A DNA stretch of 64,000 bases from Trichosphaerium sp. ATCC 40318 (lineage: Eukaryota; Protista; Tubulinea), in contig JALMLS010000143.1 in the NCBI GenBank assembly GCA_038496445.1, positions 1 through 64,000 of the forward strand, read 5' to 3'. The notes beneath the pieces are model-generated. The model was not told the origin of the DNA, searched no databases, and saw only the letters and a program-made list of their open reading frames with translations. Of this stretch, positions 36,822 through 49,240 are shown one piece after another. Numbering within the stretch: the stretch's first letter is position 1; every line of letters starts with the position of its first letter. The translations under genes were made by a program, and so were the position numbers.

Positions 36822-39800
36822 ATGGAAGAGAATTATGATTCATACGCGTACTACGGCGCGGAAAGTCAAAATGAACCTAAACCGCCAAATACTGTATTAG
36901 CTGCTTTCAAAAACAGCATATTCAAGTCTCATCGCCGCACAAATAAAGGTGAGGGATAAAATGCTGTTACATGCATAACTCGTTGACTTAGATTGGAACA
37001 GTGCTTTTCAAGCGTTATTAGCGTCTAGCAACGAAACAGAAGAGTACGGTTAATGTTTGTTGGCATACATAGTCGCAAACGCATGATTATGAGTAATATT
37101 AACGCCAACGCAGTTTACCGGGTGAATTAGCAAGATCTATCTCATTAAAGAAGTTGGCGTTAGAATTTGCCCAATTAGCTTGTGATCGAGCTGTTACTAT
37201 TATAGAAGAGCTTTACCTACCAGTGGCAGAAAAAGAAATCAAACCAGTTGCTATTGGTGGAGTAGCTGGCGGTGAAAAGTTTTTGGCGGACGGCATTTTG
37301 TTCAAGCTCTCTAGGGACTGGTATGGTATATACAACGGTGATGCGAATGCTATAAAAGCTGCAGGAGTACGTACACACATCCTATAACGTCATCACGTGA
37401 CGGTTGCTAAACAGTTTGCAAAGAAGAAAAGAAATTAAACTTCGCGTTGCGCGATACTCATTTTTATGTTAGCATGAACTCAATGCTGCTATGGCAATAT
37501 CTGATTGTAGGATACCGAAGCTTGCTACACCTTTGATGGCTTTGATTCGGTACGAAATTACAGCGCTTGTTTTAAAGACATTTCTTTTGTTTTTTTTTTT
37601 TTTTTTTTGCACTTTGAATTAATTTGTTATTGAAGGTATCGCGGGCACTGTATTCTAGCACAAACTATAGTACCTATAAATAACGAATCAATATGTTATG
37701 GTTCTCATGATGGTGGTATGACTATTCATGATTCGGATGAGGTATTGAATACGAAAATGAAAATTGCTGCATCTATTCTTCATTTAAAGGTGATGTTTCT
37801 CACGTTTATTGTTATTATTAATACAAAAATAAAGGAACACAAAGTACATGATATTAATAAAGTTGAGAAAAAACTAGTGACAGCATGTGACTTGGAAGGA
37901 CACAAAGGTAAAGATGGCAACTTCTACTTGGGTATGTTTTTTTATGACTTTTTTTCAACACAGCTTTGTCATGTTATTTGTAGTACTAATTATTTCGTGT
38001 TCCCTGCAGTTGACCTAGCGCGATTATTTCCTCCTACCGACCCTAAAAATGATAAATTCAGTTTTTTGCATAAGCTATTTAGACCAGAATATCTTAAGAA
38101 TCATAGACCCCTTTCTTCTGATGGATTCAGCCGTTTTGGGAGATTAGATGATTGTACTAAGATTCATGATGATGAGGTATTGCTAAAGAACGTTATAAAC
38201 TGTACTCATTAATTGCGTAGATAAGATTTGCGACCTTTGATTTGGTAAGAAGTCTTAGAATCGGAAAGACATGTGAAAACAATCTCTTCACTTATAGTCA
38301 CATAACAACTCTGCATTAGTGCTTTCTAATATAATATAGTTGCAAAAGCATGTGCCTAAGTTTGCGAAGTTACTAGACCAACGGTATAGTCCAGGTAAGT
38401 TTGATTTTGAAAGTACTAGACCTTAGTTTGTTTCTAGCAACCGTTGAGATATCTTTGGATGATGAACTTGGTTTGGAGTCATTATCAGCTAGTTCCAGTT
38501 TTAGTCATACTGCGAGCTTCAACACAATTAATAGTAGTGGCAATGTGTTAGAAAGAAGTGGTATGCTATCGTCTGGTGGCATTTCCATGCGTAGTGTTTC
38601 CAAACGTCCAACACTGGTAAGCTTGTTTAATTATGTTTACATTTACTTTACTGACAATCGCGTTCTAAGCTCAAATTTAATGGTAATGATTTGCCTGTTA
38701 GTGAAGAACTGTCGCAGCTCTGTGAAGAGTACGTTGCATTTATAATGGTAATTTTAGTTGCTTACCATGGTAATTAGGTTACATTTGAACGGGATTAATT
38801 TAAGATATTTGGTTTGGCTGTATTGTCATTTAAAAACTCCAAGATTACGTTCACTTGTTCTCACTGAGGCTACTGCACGTACTGCTAAAAATATGCTTGA
38901 AGAAAAGTACGTCTATATTTTAGTATAATAATCACGTGATAAGAAATTGCTTATTTTATTTGTCCAGGTGGAGAGAAATCAAGAGTTCAGAGCATTCTGT
39001 GTATTTTAATGAAGTTGTTGTATTTTTAAACAAAATGTTTGGGAAAGACTCTGATGGTTTCTGGAAGACTCTAAAGACTTTCTTGCTTAAGCGGTACGTT
39101 TTTTACTTTAGTATCCTTTCATGTTCTAAAGGATTCATCAAAATAGGTTCGCTATTGAAGAGCCTATTGTGCCTTGGAAGCATGAAGACAAACCTGATAT
39201 TCTCGAGCCTGAGTTTGACTTCAAATCAGCTGTGAATCTTGGTAAACTCTTTCATAGGCTTTGTAAGTTATCTGGAGTTGTTTTCACAAAGAACCATACT
39301 CTTGGTAAATCAACTCTAGAAACAGGAGATTTGTTGTTGTTGAGTATGATGAAAGAACCTTTTGCGTTAAAAGATGTCACTGGTATTGTCCCTAGAGTGA
39401 AACATATGCATCGTATTTCATTTGAAGAAGGTTATGCTCTTGCTAGACTTGCTGCTACAGAGTCAGGCATGTCTGCTTGGGTACTCTATGAGAAGGTACA
39501 GTAGACCACGTTTTTTGTTTGAAAAGAATATTTATTTATTATTTCGCCTAGGCGAATAAGCTTTTTCATGAGTGTCTGGTTATCAAACCTGATGATACTT
39601 CAGCTTTAAGGTAACCATGAAATTGTTTAGTACTCTTCAATGATTGATGTATTTACAGGACTTGGGGCTTTTGTCTTGCAAAGCAAGCAGAGTCTGCAGC
39701 TACAGGTGAGAATCTTTTTTTATGACTTTAGACTTATCACCGTTTTAAAGACGACCTTGCTGAGAAAAAGTGGGTACAAGCATCTGAAAAGTATAGAAAA

Positions 39801-42227
39801 GCTCTTCAAACGCATCCAGGTGATTGGAGGACTCATTGGCAATGGGGTAAAGAAAAAATTATTAGTTTTATCCTCGAAATATACTCTTAATTCTTACCTT
39901 ATTACAGGTACTGCGCAGTGTGTTCGTGCACGCAAAGCCCCTCGACGAGAACTTAGAACGTTACTTCACAGTGCTTGTAAGAGACTTAAAATGTCTGTAA
40001 AGCATTTGTCAGATATGGGGTTAGAAGCAAGGAAAACAATTGACGAGGTGTCAGTTTATAATTTACACTTGATAACAGGAAGTGCAAACTTAAGGTACCT
40101 TACTGGGATAGTTATTATCGTTTATTTAGGCTAACATTACCTACCACAGGTTTGCACGACATATGATGGGTATAGATAAGCTAACAAAACCTCCACCGGC
40201 GATTGTTAGAACGAGGGCTAAAAGAAAACTTTTTAAGTATCTTGATATAGGTATGGCACTTTTAAAGCTAGACTCACTCTGTTGAGATTGTCTGTTTGTC
40301 TAATAGTTCTATATAGCTATACATGCTTTCAAACAAGCAAGGAATATATTTTCAGATGGCATTGTGGCTCACTGTATTGCTGCAGCATGGGTATGTTATT
40401 GGAGTGTTTTTTTTTGAAATACAAGCAGTCTCTATTATTATTTGCTTTATTCAAAGAATTAAACCTGTACTTATGTCAACCTAGGCTGATCAAGCACGTA
40501 TTTCAAAACGGATTGAACGCAAGGCAGTGTTTAAAAACGCTTATGAGTCATATAAAAAAGCTCACGAGATGGATCCTTCAGATGCAAATATTTTGGTACG
40601 TACATCAATTTTGTTTTTTCATTCGTAAACTAACCAAATCCATATTAGAGCAACTGGGGCTCTACTCTATTCAAAGAAGGTTTAATTCTTTATGAAAAAG
40701 ATAGTAAAGCACAAAATCCTCATTTTTGTGCTGCATCATGTAAATACGCTGATAGTTTGGCGAGTGTACTTGATTACAATGAGGTATGATTACAGTTTTT
40801 TGTTTCTTTCTCAGAAAAATGTAAAACTAGATGTTTTGAAGTCATTTGACTTACGAACCTTAGGAGGCACTAATTAGACTTGGGTATGCTATAATTACAG
40901 CATTTCAAGTTAAAAAAGAAGGAGAGAGTCTTAGTGGTGATCTCTGTAATGCTATGAGTACTTATGTAAAAGTGGCTACCAGTTTTGCAAACAAGGGTGA
41001 TTAATTTTGCTTTTGACGTGTTCGTTTGTTTAATCTTACTGACTTTGCGGGTTTAGACATGGCTCAAGTTGAATATGTCTTAACTCTTTGTATGAACACA
41101 AAGAGTGATGAGGTTCTATCAGAATCAGCACATACACTGTTTAAAAGGCTATTCCGTGACGCTGAACCACTGGATGTGAAACTGTTAGAGATTTCAATCT
41201 GTAACTTAGACACAGTTGTAGATGTAGAAACGGATATTGTTCATATCATATATACGCCTGATAGTGACAAACTATCTAAAATGAGACGCTGTGCGTCATT
41301 TTGAATACCACAGTGCCTACAGCTAGTGGAGCTTAATTTTAAAAAAAAAGTTATAACTTCACTTCAAGTCTAATGTATTGTAGTGGCTCGACATCGTTCT
41401 GCACCTCTCAAATTTAAGCGTATTAGTAAACTCAGAACAGAGAGAGTAATGAGAAGCTTTGATGAACTACTGCCACCAATTGCACGTCGTTATAAGCAGC
41501 CACGAACAAGAACAAAGGAACATACACGATCACGATCGGAAGAATGCAGATCACAGGTCTCGATGGACTCCAAAAGTGAGGAATCACTACCGGCCTCAGA
41601 TAGTGAATCAAGCTCTTCTGGTAGTGGTTCACCAATACAAAAAAGAAGGTTTGCTCAGCGGCTTGCAAGGTCGGCAAGGAAGCCATCAAAGAATAAAGAT
41701 ATGCGCGAATCACTAAGGAAGAAAAAACCGAACAGACGTTTTCTTGATATGAATCCTTCATCTCCTAGGAGAAGATCAAGGAAGAAGCGAAAGGTCAGGA
41801 TAGATTGTGGATCTTCTACATCATCATCTTCAGCTGCAGTAAGTTTTTGTTTGATCAAACATACATTCAAAAAAATTATGTTGATCCAAAACGAACTCTT
41901 CTTTTGTCTTCTTCAAATGTACCATGGGCCTACCTAATTTTCTCGTATGAAAATCTGTACATCAAAGCATTTATTTTTTGGCTATGGTTTTTTTTCAAAA
42001 ATCACGTGATAGATTTTAAACCATCAGAAACAATGCCTTTATTTTTACGTACTTTTTTGTGCTAAAGATTCTTTTAGACTTCTCCAAGAGCACAAAGAAA
42101 AGATAATGCAGGAAGGCTAAATAGTAGTTCTTTTTCTATAGATATGTTAGATTTGCATGAATCAGCATCTATTATTCCTGGTGAAGGTCGTTTTGTGCCA
42201 TCAAGTGATGACGATGATTATTTTTAA
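36822..42227 (+). CDS. Clu (clustered-mitochondria) domain protein with TPR-like region and Ser/Arg-rich tail
   Basis: DWNSAFQ, GGVAGGEKF..GILFK, KAAG|HELN, PLMALIR|YRG, YGSHDGG, DLEGHKGKDGNFYL|VDLARLFPP, FRPE, LHLNGINLRYL. 5' end uncertain. Confidence 0.8.
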
Positions 42228-42506
42228 CAAACAGAGAATAAAACTATTTGTACAACCAATGGTGCTTGTAATGACCAATGTTCCGAGAAACTGATTCATC
42301 ATGAGTTATTTTGTTTTAGCACTAGGCCTGATTTTTCTGGAATGGTTGTGAGCATAGGTAGCCTTGTGCAGCTCTGCAAGCTATACCATTAGTGTTTTTT
42401 TATGGAGTACTTCAAGTGAGCATAAAAGCAGAAAGTCACGTGCTTGCTACAAATCGGAGTTTAGCGCTACAATAAAATAGGTGCACAAATGTAAAACAAA
42501 ATACAC

Positions 42507-45500
42507 CTATTTCTTTATTGACTCTACAGGTGAACAACTATAATCCAAAGGTGCGCTATATCCTTGGTTTGTTGTATAGTACAATTTCAAAGCTGGGTAA
42601 TCGAGCTTTACACATAAACCAAGCGCAGGTGCAAACATATCTCTCAAGTATTGCTTCCAAAGCATACAAAACTTTTGAAACGGTTGGCTTTGTTCACAGT
42701 CTCGGTTGTCCCACTTGATCTGTGTATACTCATGTGATATGCGCTTGAACAGATCTTTTCTTGTCAAGGCAAAGAAAACCTTAAGAAGTGATTGCAAATC
42801 GTATGATGGTAAGTATAGTAATGGTATATCTTTTGCTCTAGCCAACACTATATTTTGGTGTCCGAAACAAAGAGAACCTTGAAACCTTACTGTCTGATTT
42901 GTTTTAATCACAGTCCCGTGATCAATAAGAAACAACTCCTCTTTGTAAATAATAATATTAGCCATGCTGATATCCCTAAAACCAAGTAAACAGTGAATAC
43001 GCTACCATAACAAGTAAAACTTACCTATGAACATATCCGTTGGCATGCATGGCTTGAAGTGTATCAACAATACTTGAAAGGCATGGTATACATTCAGTTT
43101 TATGTTCCAGAATAGGTATGCCAACAGGCCAAGTCAGAATGTAGTTTCGGCCATCCTTGGTGGTTCCAGAACCCATCTACGACAGTAAAGGGTTAAAAAG
43201 GATTTTGGGAAGAAAATAAGATTAAATCAAAGTGGTAAACAACAACGTACAAATTTCGTAATGCCAGGAATGTTTAGCTTATTCAAAGCAATCATAGTCT
43301 TTTCTTCAGTCTTGGACCAAAGTTTACCTGCTGTATTATTGTCAAAGATCTTTATAGCATAAGGCTCCAGCTCTTCAATGTTATCACGTGGGCTCTGAGA
43401 TTCTTCAAGATGGAATTCGGCGTCATCACCATCACCCTCAGACAGTATTTCCTCTTGGTCTAGTTTTTTAAGCAGAATCTCATATGTCGTCGCAGTTGCT
43501 CCTGTTCCGAGGATTCTAGTCGGTATTGTCTCTCCACCGTCAATGTTTTGAATGATTGGTGTCGACCAACCGAGTTCTTCTGGCTTAGCACTCAAAAATT
43601 TGTTGACATAGAGAGTTCCTTTTTTATCCGGACCATCATAGTCATATTCAGGCGACTCAATGAAACGATATGTTCTTTCTTTTTCATTCCAGTGCATCTG
43701 AATGAACATAACTCTTGTTCTATTGGAGAGAATACCAATCATTTTTTCGCGCATAGGATTTGCTCGCATGTAAATAACCAAATACTGTCTACAACAAAGA
43801 AATCAGTAAAAAAGACTTGTAAGAAAATGTCAGAATTTTTTTGTTGTTCATCAATAACGTACTGTACTTGGCATTTGTGGGACCTTGAGAAAACAGAAGA
43901 ATCTTTTTTAATCTCCCAAACTGCCACTACATTCATTTCAGAGGGGCCAACTACACCATCTCTTATTTTATATGCGCATTTTTGACTGTTATCAGTTCTT
44001 GCAGCAAATACAAAATCTGGCCTTTTCTTCGTATCAGCTCCTTTGTTTGAAGAGCAAGTATCGTAGCAGATAAGATACTTGGGCTTAGCGTTATCAATCC
44101 GTGTGAAAAGAACAGTTTGAGTCCTACTTTCAGGAAAATCGCCTACAACACCATTCACACTTTGTTCGATCTTACCACTTGGTTGTACATCTCTTTTTAA
44201 GATATATGCATCTTCTTTACATTCTTTCTTTGACTTGGCACTTTCGAACTCATCAGACGCTGCAAGGTGCTTGCAGGGTACAATTTTTTCGTCAGGATTG
44301 TGCGGAAGAAACAACTCAAAGGTTGAATCACCCATTCCGATAAACAATGTGTGTACAATGATTTGAAGGAGCATAGCTACTTTAGGCGTAGTTATGATTA
44401 TCTTGTTCTTCACATTAATTTCATAGCGGTTTGAAAGATCTGATGTTAATTACGTTAGAGATAAGTCTCATTGGGTAAAGAGCATGAGAAAAAAAAAAAA
44501 GAAAAAAAGGAGAACGCACTTATATCATAAAGTTCTTGCATTGTGTCTCGGCGAGTTAGTCTCTGTGATAACTTAACTAATCTATTGCAAAAAGTTATAA
44601 AAACGAACTTCAACTGTACACTACTAAGTACGTACTCTAATTCTGTCTGCAGTTTCTGCATGGCCTTTTCGCTCTTTTTACGCTCTTCTTCGCTCCTTTT
44701 ACGCTCTTCTTCGCTCCTTTTACGTTGTTCTTTGTCCGATTCTACAAGCTTTTCGACCCTTCCTTCAATCCTTTTAAGCTCTTCTTCGCTCCTTTTACGC
44801 TCTTCTTCACTCCTTTTACGCTCTTCTTCGTTCCTTTTACGTTCTTTTTCAAACTTTTGGTCAATAAGCAGGTTAATTATTTCGTATTTATCCAACTCAT
44901 GACCGGCATCAAGCTGTTGCACTTTTTTTTCGGTACTTTGACGTTTCTGCGGAACTTTATCCTTCTTGTTACGAGCAGTACGTCGTGCAAAAGCAGTTTG
45001 TTGGATAGCAGAGCGTTCTAGTATTTCAAGATACTCAGAGTCTTCATTTGAATCTTCAAGATTCTCTTGAGCTTCAGTATTTTTTGGTTCCGATACACCA
45101 TCGACAGAGGGAGCATCGGGCACGTTGAGGCGAATCTTGCTTTCTAAACAAAAACTGAACAACGGTACTTAATTGACATCTCTTCTTACTGTACACTTCT
45201 GACTGAACCAACACACACCACGTGACTGCTGCCTTGGAGTCGCCAGTAGGCATCTTGATTTCAGAAACCTCCATAGAGATTTTACGCTCACTACGTCGTG
45301 CACGTAGCGCTGAAACTAACATTTTGTGGCACTCATCTGTTAGAAAGATTAAGAATTCATTAAATTGAATCAAAACGTACACGCTTGGGGTTGGGTGGCT
45401 ATCTTGTTTGCCAAGTATTTTTTAAGATCCTTTAGTTCTGTAATCCCAGAATCGTTTGCATTCGTATAAAAACCACAATACCGAGCGTGATTTTCCAGTT

Positions 45501-45865
45501 TGTGGATATCGACATTATTTATCAGATACTTCGTTAGCCTGTCAATTTCAGTCTTGAACTGCTTGTGAGGTGGACCTATGTACGTGAGGTAAGTACTAAA
45601 TATGCTCTGGGTAATGATCGCTAACCTGTGATTTTCACCTTTTTGAAAATACGGATTTCTTCTATTGGTGTGTCGGTACCTTCTGGTGGGTTTTTTCTTT
45701 TTTTTTGTTTTTCTGAGAAAAAATGTCAATCAGTATAAAAAAGCTTAACGCATAAAACACTGCCGTACGAGTTGTTTTCGGAGGAGTAGTTGTACTCTCG
45801 TCCGTGCTAAGGGGCTTTACATTCGGTGTAATGGTTGTGTTGTTTAGCTGTGAACCTTTCGGCAT
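42507..45865 (-). CDS. Coiled-coil + PD-(D/E)xK nuclease-like + protein kinase (Crinkler-effector-like architecture); 5' end uncertain
   Basis: EEERKRS repeats; KRPDFVF...VAVWEIKK...Q...GILSN; kinase LGTGATATTY, AIK, GYVHR|DISMANII, FLIDHG, GSLCF, YDLQSL. Confidence 0.7.
44670..44845 (-). repeat. 21-nt coding tandem repeats (EEERKRS) in two clusters
   Basis: ctcttcttcgctccttttacg and variants repeated on the + strand. Confidence 0.85.
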
Positions 45866-46719
45866 GTTAACGAAAAAAGTGGTGAAAAAGCTGAGCGTAC
45901 GATGACCAGACGTTTTAGTAGCCTTTGTTGCCGCACTTGTAGTACGTGTTTTGCCTAACAGAGAGTAAGAATAACAAAGAGAGAAAGACTTTCAAAAGGG
46001 GTGCAACGTACTTTTCAAAGAAGGCTTAGTTGAGACCTTCTTTGCCTTCTTTGCAGCCTTACGAGAAGGTACATTAACTGGCGCTGTGCCTGTTGATAAG
46101 GTGAGGAAGAAAAATGGCTACAAAAGCTGTGTACCTTGACTTGGCGCCTTTGAAGCGTTCTTTATTGCACCACGAGTACGTGTGGCTGGTGTAGAAAGTA
46201 TGATAGATTTACCTTTATCACATCAAAAAAATTGATTGAAACGTTAACGAAAAAAAGTAGTGAAACAGTTTTTTATCTTGTTAAACTTAATTCCAGGTTG
46301 TTTACGTACTCTTTTTAGGTTCTCCACGCGAAGGAGCTATGTAACGTCAGGTTTAAAGTCAAATAGATGTAAAATGGTTTATTTATGCATAGATAGACTT
46401 CAAAATGTCGTACCATCGCTGTCTGGTTGTTTACGCTTCCCCCTGCGATTATTAGGAGGAGTCGTTGCCATCTGTGCCTTCCAGAGGAATTATGATTATT
46501 GAAACGCAACGACTTTTTTTTTGTGGGATAATTTAGCCAACTGTTACGTCTGTCAGTTCTAGAGGCATACTCATCTCCATCTATAAAAGTACTTACAACA
46601 CTGGTATTTAGCTAGTCTTGTACCTACAGAGTCCATATGTCACGAGTATAGTTTGATCATTCAGAATCAATCACTATATTGTTACAACTTGGCTTAAGTG
46701 GACTTGAAGTTATAGTTGA

Positions 46720-46971
46720 AGTCAAGCCTAACCGAGTCGAGTCATTAACAGCACTTGTTATGTAAGAAACCTATTGCCAAAATTGAAGTAGACTCCTAGA
46801 TTTGATAAGACTTTCTATCTACCAGCTGAAATAGTGAGGTCGCTTCTACAAATTGCTAATGACATTTTTCAACTAATACATTTTTTGATTGAAGTTTTGA
46901 AGTCGACTTCAAACACTTTAATTTTTCAACAGTCAAGTCGAACCAAGTCGAGTCATTAACGGCACCAGTTA
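46720..46971. repeat. Pair of 41-bp imperfect direct repeats (46720-46760, 46931-46971)
   Basis: 35/41 identity by manual alignment; AGTC(G/A)-rich non-coding region. Confidence 0.7.
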
Positions 46972-47122
46972 CGATAGCATGCATTGATGATGTTTTTGTT
47001 ACTCGTCACATGGTCGACTATGACGTGTTGTGATGATATCATTTTTAGCCGAAATGAGTTGAGAATTGTACTACTAAAACCTAACTTAATTGCATTTACA
47101 ACAGACGAAAAGCTTGCCAACA

Positions 47123-49068
47123 ATGATAAAACACCTTCTAATCGCGTTTGCGTGCTCTTTCATTCTGTTTACAAACGGTCAAGCAACAAACGTTGTAATT
47201 TCATCTACAAACGCGTATGCAGCGTTAGGTACGCAGTATGACGCGAAATAGACGTAATCTGTGACCATTTTGTAACAAACAATCAAAGGATCTGCTGGTA
47301 TTGGTATTTTCGATACGTCAACGCAACAACAAGTAAAGATAGTACCTACAAGCTCAGGTTTTGGAAGTGTAGATGATGTCAGTGTAGCTGGATCTTTCTT
47401 ATTCGCTCTAGACGGCTCACCACCAGGTAAGTACAAACCAACAACGGCTTTAGGTCGTTTCTGATCCATTTGTGGGTTTTTCGTGCTTTGTAAGAATTCT
47501 ACGCTTTTCTACGCTTTTTTTTTGTCTTGTTGGCTTTTTTTGATTGTTTTTTCTTGTTCTTGTTTGTTGATGAATTCTTCTTTAGGACAGCTCGTGGTTT
47601 ACTCTATAAGTGATCCAGTAAATCCTGCTATTGTATCTGGTCCAGTGCCAGTGGGTACGTGCTAGGGAAAACAGTTTCAAACGCACGTGATACTAATGAT
47701 GTTTTGTGTAGGCGTGTTTCCTTTCGCTGGTACCTAACCACTGACGAGTAATTGAGCTACTTACAAAGTCACGTTTAGGCGTAAGCGCAGCCAATGGAAT
47801 TGTCGTAGTGTCAGGTGGTACATCATTAATGAGTGTAAGAAACAAAGTGTCGACGGAGTATTTTTCTTACCACTTTCTTCTTGTTTTAGATTTTTGAATA
47901 CGATGAAACCGCTGGTGCTCTTGGAACTCCTTCAACCCTAGACTTGGGTACAGGGCAACCAGATGTACGTTAAAAAAGCATACAGTCAGAGATATATGTA
48001 TAACTGATGTCTATTGCAGGTATTGTTATCAAGCGATGGATCAATTGCAGCTGTTTCAACAGATTTTTCAGGAGCAGGTTTTGGTCTTACTTTCGTAACA
48101 CTTAACACTCCTCCAGCAGTATCAACAACCTTAGGTACAACGACAACACAACATTAATTCATAAAACACTCCATGTTTTGAGTGACTGCCAAAAGGGGCT
48201 AACAAGTACTTTTAGATACTGTTACAATTCCAAATTCTGGTTTCTGTACTGGTTCAACATTCACACCAGCAAACTTTCCAATTGAATCATCAATTGACTC
48301 TAATGGTAACTTAGTTGTTGCTTTTTGTGGCGGACTTGCTTTCATACGTAAGGAGAAAGAAATATTGATCTAAGATGTTAACAAACTTTTTTACTAGAAA
48401 ACTGGAAAACTGCTTCCGCCTCTCTTGTTAATACTTTCAACCCAAATACCCCTGGACCAACAGCACAATGCCTCTCTGTTGCTACTATACACGAATTTGC
48501 GTTTGTAGTTTGTACAGTACCTACAAGTACTGTGTACAAGGTAAAACAGAAACAAAATAACCCCTCGCTTTTTTTTTCTTACAGTTTACAAAAAGGTTAA
48601 CATTTCCGATATAATGAACCCAACTGTAGTCAAAACGAAGAGTTTAGCAGGAATGACACCTGTATCTGTTGATGTATCTTCAACCAGTCTAGTTGTTGGA
48701 TCAAACGATGGTACACATGTCATACATGCACCCATTTTTTTCTTCTTGGTTTATTCTAATAGTGTTTAGCTGGAGTGATGTTCATGGACCTTGAATTTGA
48801 AAACGCTAAGGAAACTGATCCAGTACCTGTTTCGCCAACAATGATGCCAAACATTACAGGTATTGTTTCTCCAGCTGAAGGCCCTGCAGTAAACAACCCA
48901 CAACCACAAGAAGCGCCAACAAGTGAACCTACAGCTGCACCAATTTCAAGTGAACCGGCATCTGCTCCAGTTTCTACATCAATGCCTACTACATCATCAA
49001 GTATTTGCAACAAACAGTTTATGTACGAGGTATTGTTGGCTGTTTTTATTGCAGTGGTTTTTGTATAA
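47123..49068 (+). CDS. Secreted/GPI-anchored LVIVD-repeat (beta-propeller-like) protein
   Basis: Signal peptide MIKHLLIAFACSFILFTNG; DDVSVAGSFLFALD..GQLVVYSISDPVNP; VNISDIMNP; Pro/Ser/Thr stalk and hydrophobic C-terminus. Confidence 0.7.
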
Positions 49069-49240
49069 ATAAAATATGACTTAAACTTTGAGTGACTTGT
49101 CTCACTTAATGCTTCCAACCATCACAACTGATATATAGGCAATAATATGCGTTACAACAACTTTTTTACTTATCCAGCTTATCCGACTCAACAAATCCAA
49201 CTCACTTCGGCATTACTACATGTTTTGTAGTTTAATAGCG

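Noticed and set aside
39111-39120. GTATCCTTT as a second U12 donor
   Set aside because: It is internal to an intron that begins at gtacgt (39094) and has no CCTTAAC branch.
46680-46971. CRISPR-like array
   Set aside because: Only two repeats, 170-bp spacer, no cas genes, eukaryotic context.
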